In this document: one piece after another, positions 37,504 through 47,456 of the stretch
Layout of the letters: each line of letters starts with the position of its first letter
How positions within the stretch are numbered: position 1 is the first letter of the stretch
Source: Dehalococcoidia bacterium
GTDB lineage: Bacteria; Chloroflexota; Dehalococcoidia; Bin125
Assembly (NCBI GenBank): GCA_963663235.2
Contig: CAXXNO010000004.1
Coordinates: 416,001 to 480,000 of the forward strand
DNA: 64,000 nt
Direction: 5' to 3'
Position numbers and translations under genes: made by a program
Notes under the pieces: generated by a model
The model's database searches: none
Told to the model about the DNA's origin: nothing
What the model saw: only the letters and a program-made list of their open reading frames with translations

Positions 37504-39426
37504 ATGACGGCTTCACAGCCTGACCCCGCATTGGCTCGCAAGGTCACCGAGGTCCGTCAGGCTCTGGAGACGATGCTTGGCTCCATGGTGAACGCCGTGA
37601 CGTTGCTCGATGACGAAGTGGGCAGTGTCCCCACCGTCGGGCAGGCAGATGGAGGCCACGGCGCTCCGGTCCCCGATCCGCTTGCGCGGGGCATCGCGCC
37701 GCTGGACTTCCCCGGCGGCGCGAGCGAAGAGCGCCAGCCGTCCGAGTCCGGGACGGCTCTGGCACGGGCCGAGCGGCGCCTGCATGTGATCAGCAACAAC
37801 TTGCCGCTCTATCTTTTCGAGATCGATCGCGACGGGATCTACACGTGGATGGAGGGCCAGGGGCTCGAGTCGTTCGGGGTGTCCCCGGGAAACCAGGTGG
37901 GGGCGTCGCTTTTCGCCGTGCACCGAGCGCGGCCGGAGCTCATCGCCCACGTGCGACGGGCGCTGGCCGGGGAGGTTGTGCGGGCGACGGAAGAGGTGGA
38001 CGGGGTCTTGCTGGACGCCGTCTACGAGCCGCTCCGGGACCGCGGGGGGGAGATCGGCGGTGTGATCGGCGTGGCGCTCGATGTGAGCGAGCGCTCGCTG
38101 GCGCAGGCGGAACTGATTCGCCGCTCGCTTTTCGATCCTCTGACCGAGCTGCCCAATGCGGCGCTCTTTCGCGAGTGGGTGGACGAGGCGATCGCCGCCG
38201 CCCGCGACGAAGTGCGCCCGTTCGCCGTGCTGGTGGTGGCGCTCGATCGGACGCGGATCACCAACGAGACCTACGGGCGCGAGTACGGAGAGCTTCTGGT
38301 CCAAGCGGTCGGTCAGCGTCTCCGGTCCCTGTTCGATGGCAACAACGACACCGTCGCACGGTTAGACAGCGACGAATTCGGTGTGCTGCTCCAGTCCCGG
38401 AGCGGCGGGAGTGACGTGGCTGCGGTCGCCGAGCAGATCCGCAGCACCTTTGCCGCCGGTTTCCACGTCGAGGGGCATTCCCTTGCGCTGGATGCCAGCG
38501 TCGGGGTGGCGCGCTTTCCCGGACACGGCGACGACGCGGACGTGCTCCTGCGCCATGCCCAGGCGGCCCTGAGCGCCGCGAAGCAGAATCCGGGGGGCTA
38601 CGCGGTCTACACCGCGACGCAAGACCCGGATCCCGCCGCGCGGCTGCGGCTCATGAGCGATCTGCGCCGCGGTATCGACGAGGACCAACTCGTGCTGCAC
38701 TATCAGCCCAAGATCGACATGGAGTCCGGACAGGTGCGTGGCGCGGAAGCGCTGGTGCGCTGGCAGCACCCCGAGCGGGGCATGGTCATGCCCGGCGAGT
38801 TCATTGGCACGGCGGAGCGAACGGGACTGCTGAAGCCGCTGACGACGTGGGTCATCGACGCGGCGCTGCGCCAGCTCTACGCCTGGCAGCGCGATGGGCT
38901 GGATATGAAGGTTGCCGTCAACGTTTCCGTCGAGAGCCTGCGCGACCCCGATTTTCCCAGCCAGTTGAGCACGGCCCTGGACGCTTGGGGGGTGCCAGCG
39001 GAGAAACTGCAGCTGGAGATCACGGAGAGCGCGCTCATGGTGGAGCCGGAGGCGGCCGTGCGGGTGCTGACCCGCTTGGAGCAGATGGGTGTGGGCTTGA
39101 TCGTGGACGATTTCGGGACCGGGTACAGCGCCATGACGTACCTCAAGCTGCTGCCCGTCGACGAGATCAAGATCGACCAGGCGTTCGTGCGCGGCGTGGC
39201 GGCCGACGAAAAGGACTCCCTCATCGTGGAGGCGATCATCGGCATGTCCAAAGGCATGGGCCGACGCGTGGTCGCGGAGGGGGTGGAGACGCAGGAGACC
39301 TGGACGGCGCTGGCGGCGCTTCACTGCGACATGGCGCAGGGCTACTACATGTGCCGCCCGCTGGACGCCTCGGAGTTCACCAACTGGCTGTCAGGGCCGG
39401 GCGCGTCCCTGCACATGCGCAACTAG
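37504..39426 (+). CDS. PAS-GGDEF-EAL protein, likely c-di-GMP phosphodiesterase
   Basis: DPLTELPN; degenerate RLDSDEF; intact EAL, DDFGTGYS, KID and EGVE. Confidence 0.9.
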   Translation: MTASQPDPALARKVTEVRQALETMLGSMVNAVTLLDDEVGSVPTVGQADGGHGAPVPDPLARGIAPLDFPGGASEERQPSESGTALARAERRLHVISNNLPLYLFEIDRDGIYTWMEGQGLESFGVSPGNQVGASLFAVHRARPELIAHVRRALAGEVVRATEEVDGVLLDAVYEPLRDRGGEIGGVIGVALDVSERSLAQAELIRRSLFDPLTELPNAALFREWVDEAIAAARDEVRPFAVLVVALDRTRITNETYGREYGELLVQAVGQRLRSLFDGNNDTVARLDSDEFGVLLQSRSGGSDVAAVAEQIRSTFAAGFHVEGHSLALDASVGVARFPGHGDDADVLLRHAQAALSAAKQNPGGYAVYTATQDPDPAARLRLMSDLRRGIDEDQLVLHYQPKIDMESGQVRGAEALVRWQHPERGMVMPGEFIGTAERTGLLKPLTTWVIDAALRQLYAWQRDGLDMKVAVNVSVESLRDPDFPSQLSTALDAWGVPAEKLQLEITESALMVEPEAAVRVLTRLEQMGVGLIVDDFGTGYSAMTYLKLLPVDEIKIDQAFVRGVAADEKDSLIVEAIIGMSKGMGRRVVAEGVETQETWTALAALHCDMAQGYYMCRPLDASEFTNWLSGPGASLHMRN

Positions 39427-39618
39427 GCGCCGGCTCCCCCGGAATCCTGGCGCGCGCGTCGCGCCTAGGCTGACCCGGCGGCGATCCTGCGCCTGCGATT
39501 CACACCGCACGACCCGGCGTTCCGGCGACCGCACAGCGGCGGACCCCTTCCGACGGCGGTCCGGGCGGTCCCCTTCGTGGTCGTGTCCGAGGACGCACGG
39601 TCGGAGGCCGGCACCGTC

Positions 39619-41415
39619 TCAGCGGCCTGGGGCCGCCCGCATCTCCCGTCGAAGCGTGTCCGTGGCGCCTCGATCGATCTCGAAGATCAGCCGCCGCCGG
39701 TCGATCTCCTTGACCACCACGCCGTAGCGGCTGCGCGCCGCCGCGATGGTGAGGTAGTCGTCCTGGATGTCTTCCAAGACCTGCTCCGGCGGCCGCGCCA
39801 GCCGGTCCCCGTACCCGCCGCCGCCCGCCGACTGAAACGACACCGTCTCCCCGGGGTAGACGGGCGCGCCGGAGCAGAAGATGCCGATGTTGCGCTCGTT
39901 TTCCGATTCGAAGTTCACCACCAGGCGCGCCAGGGCGCCCGCCTCTCCGCCGAAGACGCCGGGCGGGCCGAAGACCTCGCGGTCGCCCACGCAGGACAGG
40001 GTGCCGGGCCCCCAGGGGTACTCCATCATTTGGTCCAGGGCCAGGCCGCCGCGGGTCCGGCCGGGCCCGCCGGTATCCGGCACCAACTGGTAGCGCCGCC
40101 AGAGCAGCGGGTAGCGGCGCTCCTGGATTTCGCACGGGACGTTCTGGGTCCCGCCCGCGTAGGCGGATCCCACGGCGCTGGGGCCGTCCTTGTACTTCGT
40201 GGCGCCCCAGCCTCCGAAGCTCCAGACGTATTCGATGAAGGGGGCGTCGAACCCCGGGCGTTCGTCCGTCCCGGCGAAGATGGTGTTGAGGATGCTGTAC
40301 GGCGTCCCCACCCCCCGTTCCGGCAGCGCCTTGCTCAGGGCCTGCATGACGGAGCTGATGACCATCTCCATGCTGGTCGCCGCCAGCCCGGAGACGGCCA
40401 CCGGCGGCTGGGCCCAGACGATGGAGCCGCGGCGCGCCTTGATCTCGATCGTGCGCATCACGCCGGCGTTCATCGGCATTGGCGGCAGGATGGAGGCCGT
40501 GGAGATGAAGATGCCGGAGGTGGTGGCGGCGATGGTGCAGTTGATGGCGGCCTCGGCGGGGCCGTCACTCTCTGTGAAGTCGAAGATGGCGTGATCCCCG
40601 TCGACCTTGAGCTTCAGGCGAATGGCGACGGGCTTGCCCGTGTAGACGTCCTTGTCCACGTAGTCTTCGCCTTCGTAGACACCGTCGGCGATGCTGGACC
40701 AGGCGACGCGGGCGAGGCGCTCGGAGTGGTTCTGCACTTCATCCATGGCGGCGAAGACGGTGTCCGGCCCGTGTTTGTCGATCACCGCCCGCACGCGGGA
40801 CTCCCCCACGTTGACGGCGGCCACCTGGGCGTTGAGATCGCCCACGCGCTCCCATGCCTGCCGCATGTTGGCCAGGAGGATGTCGAGCACATCTTTGTTG
40901 AGCACGCCCTGGCGGTGGATCCGCAGCGCCGGAATCCGTACTCCCTCTTCAAAGTGCGTCCGCGCGCGGGCGTTCAGCGAGCCCGGATAGACCCCGCCCA
41001 CGTCGGACCAGTGGGCGGTGGACGTCACGAAGGCGACAAGACGGTCGTCGTAGAAGACCGGCTTGACGAGATGGATGTCGTTGCAGTGCGTGCTGGCCAC
41101 GTAGGGGTCGTTGATCATGTAGATGTCGCCGGGCTGCATGTTTTCCAGCCCGATGGCGCGCACAACCTCCGGCACGGTGAGCTGGGTGATCCCCACGAAC
41201 GCCGGCAGGTCGAACTCGCCCTGCGAGACCAACTTGCCCGAGCGGTCATAGAGCGCGCCGGCGAAGTCGCGTCCTTCGTTCACGGCGGTGGAGTAGGCCG
41301 TCTTCGCCACCACGATGGCCATCTCGTTGCAGACGGCGATGAAGGTGTTGCGCAGGACCTCGAAGGTGATGGGGTCGATCGGGGCCGAAGCCCGTCGACC
41401 CGGTTCATTCGCCAT
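39619..41415 (-). CDS. hydantoinase B/oxoprolinase family protein
   Basis: DPITFEV, NDPY..THCND, HWSDVGG, EEG.RIP, D.GGPGRTRGG and GGGGYGD. Confidence 0.92.
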   Translation of the reverse strand: MANEPGRRASAPIDPITFEVLRNTFIAVCNEMAIVVAKTAYSTAVNEGRDFAGALYDRSGKLVSQGEFDLPAFVGITQLTVPEVVRAIGLENMQPGDIYMINDPYVASTHCNDIHLVKPVFYDDRLVAFVTSTAHWSDVGGVYPGSLNARARTHFEEGVRIPALRIHRQGVLNKDVLDILLANMRQAWERVGDLNAQVAAVNVGESRVRAVIDKHGPDTVFAAMDEVQNHSERLARVAWSSIADGVYEGEDYVDKDVYTGKPVAIRLKLKVDGDHAIFDFTESDGPAEAAINCTIAATTSGIFISTASILPPMPMNAGVMRTIEIKARRGSIVWAQPPVAVSGLAATSMEMVISSVMQALSKALPERGVGTPYSILNTIFAGTDERPGFDAPFIEYVWSFGGWGATKYKDGPSAVGSAYAGGTQNVPCEIQERRYPLLWRRYQLVPDTGGPGRTRGGLALDQMMEYPWGPGTLSCVGDREVFGPPGVFGGEAGALARLVVNFESENERNIGIFCSGAPVYPGETVSFQSAGGGGYGDRLARPPEQVLEDIQDDYLTIAAARSRYGVVVKEIDRRRLIFEIDRGATDTLRREMRAAPGR

Positions 41416-41744
41416 GACGGCTCCTCCTCTGATGCAGACCGCGACGGTGACGGGCTATGATCGCACCCCTTCCACGACGAGATCGGCGGCCTGCGGCCGC
41501 CCTAGTCGTGACGGCGTATTGTACGTCACCCGTAGCGTCTCTCAGAGGGTGACGGGGCGCCGATCGGGGGCCGTGGTGCGCTCGCGGAGCGGAAGCCCCG
41601 GCGCATCGACGGAGAGGGTCTTGCGCCGCTGCGCGTCGCCGCTGACGGCGACCCCGGAGACGGTTCGAGCGCGGCCAGATCTGAGCCGAAGCCGCGCCGG
41701 TGGTCCTGGGGCCGCGCGGTCCCGTGCGGGGGTATCCTGGGGAG

Positions 41745-42350
41745 GTGTCAGCATCCGTTCCCGCCCCGGCGCTCAAAGAGTGGGCCGTCATCTACGACGC
41801 CATCCTGAGCGGCCGGCAGATCATCGACTTACGCAAGGGCGGCATCCGCGAGACGGAGAGGCACTTCGCCGTCCGCGCGCGGCGGTTCTGGCTGTATCCG
41901 GGCTACGAGCACCAGCGGCGCGAGCTGCTGAAGCCCGCCGTCGCGCGAACGCTGGATCGGGTGCTCCTGGAACGACCCCCGGACGAGGTCATTCGCGTGC
42001 CCGGGTGGGCGGACATCGTCGCCACCGTCGAGGTGTCCACAGACGATGAGATCGCCCGACTCGATCCGGATTTCGTCTGGACGCGCGAATACGCCGAGAG
42101 CCGGTTGCACTGGAAGCCGAAGCAGCCGCTGCATGTGCTGGTACTCCGCGCCTACGCGCTGCGTGAGCCGTTGGAGATCCCAGAGCGGGAGGCGTACCGC
42201 GGTTGCGCGTCCTGGACGGAATTCGTCGATGTGCCCGCCGATCCGGCGCAGCTGCCCGCCGATCCCGTCCTGACTGACGCCGAGTTCGAGGCTCGCAGCC
42301 GCGCGTTGCTCGCGCGGCTGCCTGCCGGCGCCGCGCTCACGCCACCCTGA
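41745..42350 (+). CDS. DUF1802 family protein
   Basis: ALKEWAV, LRKGGI.E, FWLYP..EHQ and Y.GC.SW. Confidence 0.85.
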   Translation: MSASVPAPALKEWAVIYDAILSGRQIIDLRKGGIRETERHFAVRARRFWLYPGYEHQRRELLKPAVARTLDRVLLERPPDEVIRVPGWADIVATVEVSTDDEIARLDPDFVWTREYAESRLHWKPKQPLHVLVLRAYALREPLEIPEREAYRGCASWTEFVDVPADPAQLPADPVLTDAEFEARSRALLARLPAGAALTPP

Positions 42351-42420
42351 CGCCCCGCCAGACGCGACGGCGCGTTGCTCGGCAATCTCCCCGGCGGATC
42401 GTGCGCCTGACTCGCGCCGC

Positions 42421-44181
42421 CTAGCCGTCGTCCGCGATGGGAAGCACCTCAATCCGCACGCGCAGCTGTCCCTCTGCCAGGTCGCCGAGTTGCAGGAAGG
42501 CCGCTTCCGAGAGATCCACGTGGTTGGGCGGCAGCAGGCCCGTGTCCCGTACTACGACGTCGACGGTGCGGTCGCCGCGCGACACGCGAAGCCGCGTCCC
42601 GCAGGGCCAGCTTGTGGCCGCGGCGATGGTGGGGTCGAAGCGATCGTAGGCGCCGCCGCAGGACATCGGGTTCCCGTGGAGCCCGGGGTAGACGAATGTC
42701 GCCGTGCCCTCGGCGACGCCCGCGCCCGGGCCGGTCACGATGTAGGCGGCGAACACCCAACCCGTGTGGCCGGCGGCGTGGACGAAGAGCCACTCGTCGC
42801 CGTTGGCGTCGTGGGCCGTCTGTCCAGTGAGCTCCACGGCGGTCCCCTGGGCGAGGCAGGCCAGGGGCGGGGCATCGACCGTTGTGGGCGCGGGCCGGAT
42901 GTTGAGACAGCCCGGTCCCAGCACGTACGCCGGGGCTGCGCCCGGCGCGGGCTCGTCCTGTGGCGGCTCGTCCTGTGGCGGCTCGTCCTCTGTTGACGAG
43001 GGGCCTTCGTCGGCGGCCCAAAGCGCGGCATCCTGGACGCGCACCCAGAGCGCTTGTCCCGTTTCCAGGGTCTCGAGGTCACTCAGGACGGCCGGCGCGT
43101 GCGGACGGTAGATCCGGTACCGCTGGCTGTCGGCGTCGAAGGCGTAGGCGGCGATCAAGACTTGCTCCAGCCCGCTCATCGCATCCGCCACCGACTGTTG
43201 GCCGCCGGTCCAGGTCACAAGGTTGAAGCCGGCGACGAGCGGCAGCGGCCGGGGCTCGGGGACCGGCGGGACGGCCCAGAGCACGCCGTCGGGCGCGGTC
43301 ACGTGGACCAGCACGCCCTGGCCCGTCTTCAGGGTGGTGAGCGTGTTGGAGACGGGCGGCGCGCCGGGCGCGTAGCGGCTGAACTGTTGCCGCCCTGCAT
43401 CAAAGGTGAAGACGGCATCGATGCTTGCGGCGATGGGCGCCGTCGCGTCCTCGACGTCGGTGAGACCGCTCCAGCCCACCAGGTTCCAGCCGAGGCGGAG
43501 GAACCGCGGCTCGTCGGCCGGCGGCGCGTCGGCCGGATCCACGGGCGGCTCCTGCTCTGTGGGTTCGGCGGGATCGGCCGGCGCGGGCGGCTCCCGGCCG
43601 GGCTGGTTGGTGGAGCGGAAGCGCTCGCCGGCGTAGGCGTTGGAGGCGTTGGTGGGCGGGAGATCGCGCCCTTCGAGTGCGTAGCCGCCGGTGAAGGGGA
43701 TGGTGTCTTGCAACCGCCCCGAGCCCGACGTGCGGTGCACCGCCAGGTGCAGGTGGGCGAGGCCGCCGTTCCCGGCGAGCCCGGCCGGGGCCACTTCCCC
43801 GATCAGCCGTCCGGCAGCGATCGCGAGGCCCGGCGCGACGTCCGGCGCAGGGAAGAGGTGGCAGAACAGGATCGCCATGCCGTGCTGGTCATCGATCGTG
43901 AGGCACTGCTCCGAGACCCAGCTGACTGTGCCGGCGAGAGGGGCCAGCACCAGGGCGCCGGCAGTCGGCGCGTCCTCGCGCACCAGGTCGATGGCGTAGG
44001 GGTCGTCGCCGGTGTGCGTCGCCGTGTTGTAGCCGGCGACGATCGACCACTCGCTGCCGGCCGGGGCGGGCAGCAAGAGGAGCGGGTGATCGGCCTGGAC
44101 GACGGTCGGCCGGCCACCGGCAGCCAAGAGGAGCACGGTCAACACGCTTATGACCGCTGCCCAGGTGCAAACGCGGCGCAT
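42421..44181 (-). CDS. secreted M23 peptidase - 2x 'LxxGWNLVxW' modules - SH3b - RlpA-like DPBB protein
   Basis: H...YAID and HLH M23 motifs; LRLGWNLVGW and LVAGFNLVTW; CLNIRPAP...W...GWV SH3b; PCGT.LRV...VRD.G...DLS.AAF DPBB. Confidence 0.75.
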   Translation of the reverse strand: MRRVCTWAAVISVLTVLLLAAGGRPTVVQADHPLLLLPAPAGSEWSIVAGYNTATHTGDDPYAIDLVREDAPTAGALVLAPLAGTVSWVSEQCLTIDDQHGMAILFCHLFPAPDVAPGLAIAAGRLIGEVAPAGLAGNGGLAHLHLAVHRTSGSGRLQDTIPFTGGYALEGRDLPPTNASNAYAGERFRSTNQPGREPPAPADPAEPTEQEPPVDPADAPPADEPRFLRLGWNLVGWSGLTDVEDATAPIAASIDAVFTFDAGRQQFSRYAPGAPPVSNTLTTLKTGQGVLVHVTAPDGVLWAVPPVPEPRPLPLVAGFNLVTWTGGQQSVADAMSGLEQVLIAAYAFDADSQRYRIYRPHAPAVLSDLETLETGQALWVRVQDAALWAADEGPSSTEDEPPQDEPPQDEPAPGAAPAYVLGPGCLNIRPAPTTVDAPPLACLAQGTAVELTGQTAHDANGDEWLFVHAAGHTGWVFAAYIVTGPGAGVAEGTATFVYPGLHGNPMSCGGAYDRFDPTIAAATSWPCGTRLRVSRGDRTVDVVVRDTGLLPPNHVDLSEAAFLQLGDLAEGQLRVRIEVLPIADDG

Positions 44182-44431
44182 GGTCCGGACACTCTGACGA
44201 GGAGGCGCGGTTCGATCCAGTCATTCGTTGTTAACGCGAGGCGACGGGTTGCGCGCGGTTGGGCGGGCTGCGCGGCGCCGCCCGGGAATCACCGGCGCCG
44301 CTACACTACAGCGGCGCGGTACGCTCGGTGATGAGCCCGCCCTGCGGGCGGTGATGCACCCCCGGACTTGTCGAGAGCCTGCCAAGCAACGCCCGGACGC
44401 GGCGGCGGGTGCCCGGCGGAAAGGACGGACG

Positions 44432-45214
44432 ATGAACGGACGCTTCGAGGGCAAGGTAGCGGTGATCACCGGTGCGGCCGGCGGCATCGGCCGCGCGGCG
44501 GCGGAGCGCTTCGCGTCGGACGGCGCGCGCGTCGTGTTGGTGGACCTGACGGGGAGCCCGCTGGATGAGACGGTCGCCGCCGTGCAGCGGGCCGGGTCCG
44601 AGGCGCTGGCGGTGGAGGCGGACGTGTCCAAGGCCGCCGACGTTGAGCGCTACGTGGAGCAGGCGACGGCGCGATTTGGGGGCGTCGATATCCTCTTCAA
44701 CAACGCTGGGATTCTGGGCCCGGTCGTCGCCCTCGCCGACTATGCGGAAGAGACGTTCGACAAGGTGATGGCGATCAACGCGAAGGGCGCCTGGCTGGGC
44801 ACGAAGGCCGTCGCACCGGTCATGAGCCGGCGCGGCGGGGGCGCGATCATCAACACGGCCTCGACGGCGGGGCTGGCCGCCGCGCCGATGCTGGTGGCCT
44901 ACGGGGCCAGCAAGCACGCCGTCATCGGCATCACGCAGACCGCCGCGGTGGAGCTGGCGCCTCAGGGGATCCGGGTGAATGCGATCTGCCCCGGACCCAC
45001 GGAGACCCAGATGATGCGGGCCGCCGAGCGGGGCTACAACCCCGACGCGCCCGAGGACGAACACCAGGCGTGGGCGGGCAGCGTCCCGCTGAAGCGTTAC
45101 GGGGACCCGGCAGAGATGGCGGCGGCGGTCGCCTTTCTCGCCAGCGACGACGCCTCCTTCATCACCGGCAGCATCTACAACGTGGACGGCGGCTTGATGT
45201 GCCAGCAGAAGTGA
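44432..45214 (+). CDS. classical SDR oxidoreductase
   Basis: TGAAGGIG, NNAG, YGASK, RVNAICPG and VDGG. Confidence 0.92.
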   Translation: MNGRFEGKVAVITGAAGGIGRAAAERFASDGARVVLVDLTGSPLDETVAAVQRAGSEALAVEADVSKAADVERYVEQATARFGGVDILFNNAGILGPVVALADYAEETFDKVMAINAKGAWLGTKAVAPVMSRRGGGAIINTASTAGLAAAPMLVAYGASKHAVIGITQTAAVELAPQGIRVNAICPGPTETQMMRAAERGYNPDAPEDEHQAWAGSVPLKRYGDPAEMAAAVAFLASDDASFITGSIYNVDGGLMCQQK

Positions 45215-45251
45215 TCGCGCTCCGGGGCCGGCCGTCGTAAGTGGGATCGGC

Positions 45252-45971
45252 ATGAACCCGCCGCGAGCGGATCGCGAGCGCTGGCGCCCGGCATCCGCGG
45301 TGGCCGGCCATCCGCTGGCCGCCATCGAGGGGAGCGCTGTGGGCGACGGCTTCACGCTCGAGGTGGAGATCGGTCCGACGAATTCGGTCGGGGCGGCCTA
45401 TTTCCGCGCCTTCTTGCGTGACCCGGACCGGGGCCGCACGGTGGATCCGGTGATCGAAGGCCTCCAGAACTGTGGGATCTACCCGGCGTTCAACTGGGTG
45501 GAAGTCAGCGCGTGCAACACCCGGCTCCGACTCCAGACGGGAGAGAGCGCCGATCCCTCCGCCGTGGTTGACGGCGGCCTTCTGGCGCGGCTCGCGGAGC
45601 TGGTACCCTCCGGCGGGCACCTGATGGTGGAGTACGACTCGCCGGGGCGCGCGCTGACGGCGAAGGCCTTGACGGCGGGCGTGCCGCCGGCCGCCACCCC
45701 GCTGGGAGCGATGCTGTTCGACGTGGGCTGCGGCGCAGCCTTCAAGGACTGGTACATCGCGGAAGGGGGCCGCGAGGGGCCGCGCAAGCTGCAAGGCTTC
45801 CGGGCGCTCGATGCGGAGCACGAGCGTCGTCGCGGGCTGGAGATGTTGGACGTCTTGGAGGCGTTCTTGGGCCGCAGCGGCGACCTGGACGCCGCGATCG
45901 AGACGGCGACGCGGCCGCTCGCGGCGGGCGTCGTCGCCGCGCTCCGTGAGCGGCAGAGCAGACCGAACTGA
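45252..45971 (+). CDS. DUF1122 family protein
   Basis: GGHLMVEY, GVPPAATPLG and FKDWYIAEGGREGPRKLQG. Confidence 0.75.
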   Translation: MNPPRADRERWRPASAVAGHPLAAIEGSAVGDGFTLEVEIGPTNSVGAAYFRAFLRDPDRGRTVDPVIEGLQNCGIYPAFNWVEVSACNTRLRLQTGESADPSAVVDGGLLARLAELVPSGGHLMVEYDSPGRALTAKALTAGVPPAATPLGAMLFDVGCGAAFKDWYIAEGGREGPRKLQGFRALDAEHERRRGLEMLDVLEAFLGRSGDLDAAIETATRPLAAGVVAALRERQSRPN

Positions 45972-46050
45972 CGGACATAAAGTGGATCGTGGCGGCTACG
46001 CCCAGGTGGGCTATCCTCCGGCGTGCGGCAACCAATGAGGGGGAGTGGCG

Positions 46051-47190
46051 ATGCAGACGCTCAGTGTAATCAAGGCGGACGTGGGTGGCTTCGTGGGGCA
46101 TTCGGCGATGCACCCAGAGGTCCTGGCTACCGGGCGCGAGGCGCTGGCCGGCGCGGTCCAGGCGGGCCTGCTCATCGACGGGCACGCGGCGGCCTGTGGC
46201 GACGATCTCTTTCTGGTGATGTCGCACGATCATGGGACGGACAGCGAGGCGATTCATCATTTCGCCTGGGACACCTTCCTTGCGGGGACGGAGGTGGCCA
46301 AGAAACTGCACCTCTATGGGGCAGGGCAGGATCTCCTCACGGACGCCTTTTCCGGCAACATCCGCGGGGCCGGGCCCGGGGCGGCGGAGATGGAGCTTGA
46401 GGAGCGGCCCTCGGAGCCGGTGATCGTGTTCATGGGGGACAAGACCTCAGCCGGCGCGTTCAACCTTCCCTTCTTCAAGATGTTCGCCGACCCCTTTAAC
46501 ACTGCCGGACTGGTCATCGCCGACGCGCTGCACGACGGCTTCAGCTTTGAGGTCCACGACCTGAAGGAGCAGCGAAAAATCGAGTTGCACTGCCCGGATG
46601 AGGTGTACGACCTGCTGGTCTTCATCGGCTCTCCCTCCCGCTACGTGATCAAGCGCGTGCGGTCCCGCCATACCGGCGACGTGGGGGCGGTCACGTCTAC
46701 CGAGAAACTGGCGCTGATCGCCGGTCGCTACGTGGGCAAAGACGACCCGGCGGCGATCGTCCGCTGTCAGGGCGTGTTCCCCGCCGTGGGCGAAGTCCTG
46801 GAGCCGTTCACCACGGCCTGGACCGTGGAGGGGTTCATGCGCGGGTCGCACCACGGCCCGTGGATGCCGGTCTCGCAAGCGGACGCGCATCCGGCGCGCT
46901 TCGACGGCCCCCCGCGAGTGGTGGCGCTGGGGTTCCAGATCGCGAATGGGAAGTTCGTCGGACCGCGCGATATGTTCGACGACCCCTCCTTCAACGATGC
47001 GCGCGCGGAGGCCAACCAGGTTTCCAACTACCTCCGCAAGCACGGCCCCTTTGAGCCCCACCGGCTTCCGCTGGAAGAGATGGAGTACACGACCATGCCG
47101 GCCGTGGCGGCGAAGATGGCCGACCGCTGGTCCGTGCTGGACGAGGCGTCGCCGCCGCGGAAGGAGCCCGAGGGCGTGAGCCCCCGCTAG
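46051..47190 (+). CDS. fbp: class V bifunctional fructose-1,6-bisphosphate aldolase/phosphatase
   Basis: SVIKADVGG..GH, GDD, YGAGQDLL.DAFSGN, YVGKDDP, MRGSH.GP and EMEYTT. Confidence 0.95.
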   Translation: MQTLSVIKADVGGFVGHSAMHPEVLATGREALAGAVQAGLLIDGHAAACGDDLFLVMSHDHGTDSEAIHHFAWDTFLAGTEVAKKLHLYGAGQDLLTDAFSGNIRGAGPGAAEMELEERPSEPVIVFMGDKTSAGAFNLPFFKMFADPFNTAGLVIADALHDGFSFEVHDLKEQRKIELHCPDEVYDLLVFIGSPSRYVIKRVRSRHTGDVGAVTSTEKLALIAGRYVGKDDPAAIVRCQGVFPAVGEVLEPFTTAWTVEGFMRGSHHGPWMPVSQADAHPARFDGPPRVVALGFQIANGKFVGPRDMFDDPSFNDARAEANQVSNYLRKHGPFEPHRLPLEEMEYTTMPAVAAKMADRWSVLDEASPPRKEPEGVSPR

Positions 47191-47456
47191 GCGCGGGCGT
47201 TCAACGACCGCGCGCCCATCCGCCAGGATTGGACGCCCCCTGGGCATCGAGCAGAGCGCGTTCGCCGCGTGTCTCCATCCCGTAACGCGACCCTGGTCGC
47301 GTCGATAAGCGGCCGATAAGCGATCGCTCCGCCTCGGCGCTCCCTTCGGGAACCCCGGCCCGCGGCGCCATCGCCGATCGCGGGCCGGGGATGGTACGCT
47401 CCGCGACGCATCCTTGATGGCCCCCGAGGGCGTAAGGGCGGTGGAGGGGGGAGCAG

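Noticed and set aside
16300-39600. Mobile element (integrase, IS or att sites) delimiting the appendage island
   Set aside because: No recombinase, transposase, tRNA target or terminal repeats seen; 'island' refers only to functional clustering.
41508-41554. Inverted repeats gtgacg/cgtcac and cgtcaccc/gggtgacg upstream of hydantoinase B
   Set aside because: Short, no cognate regulator nearby, and no matching -10 at the island spacing; also shows that CGTCAC occurs by chance.
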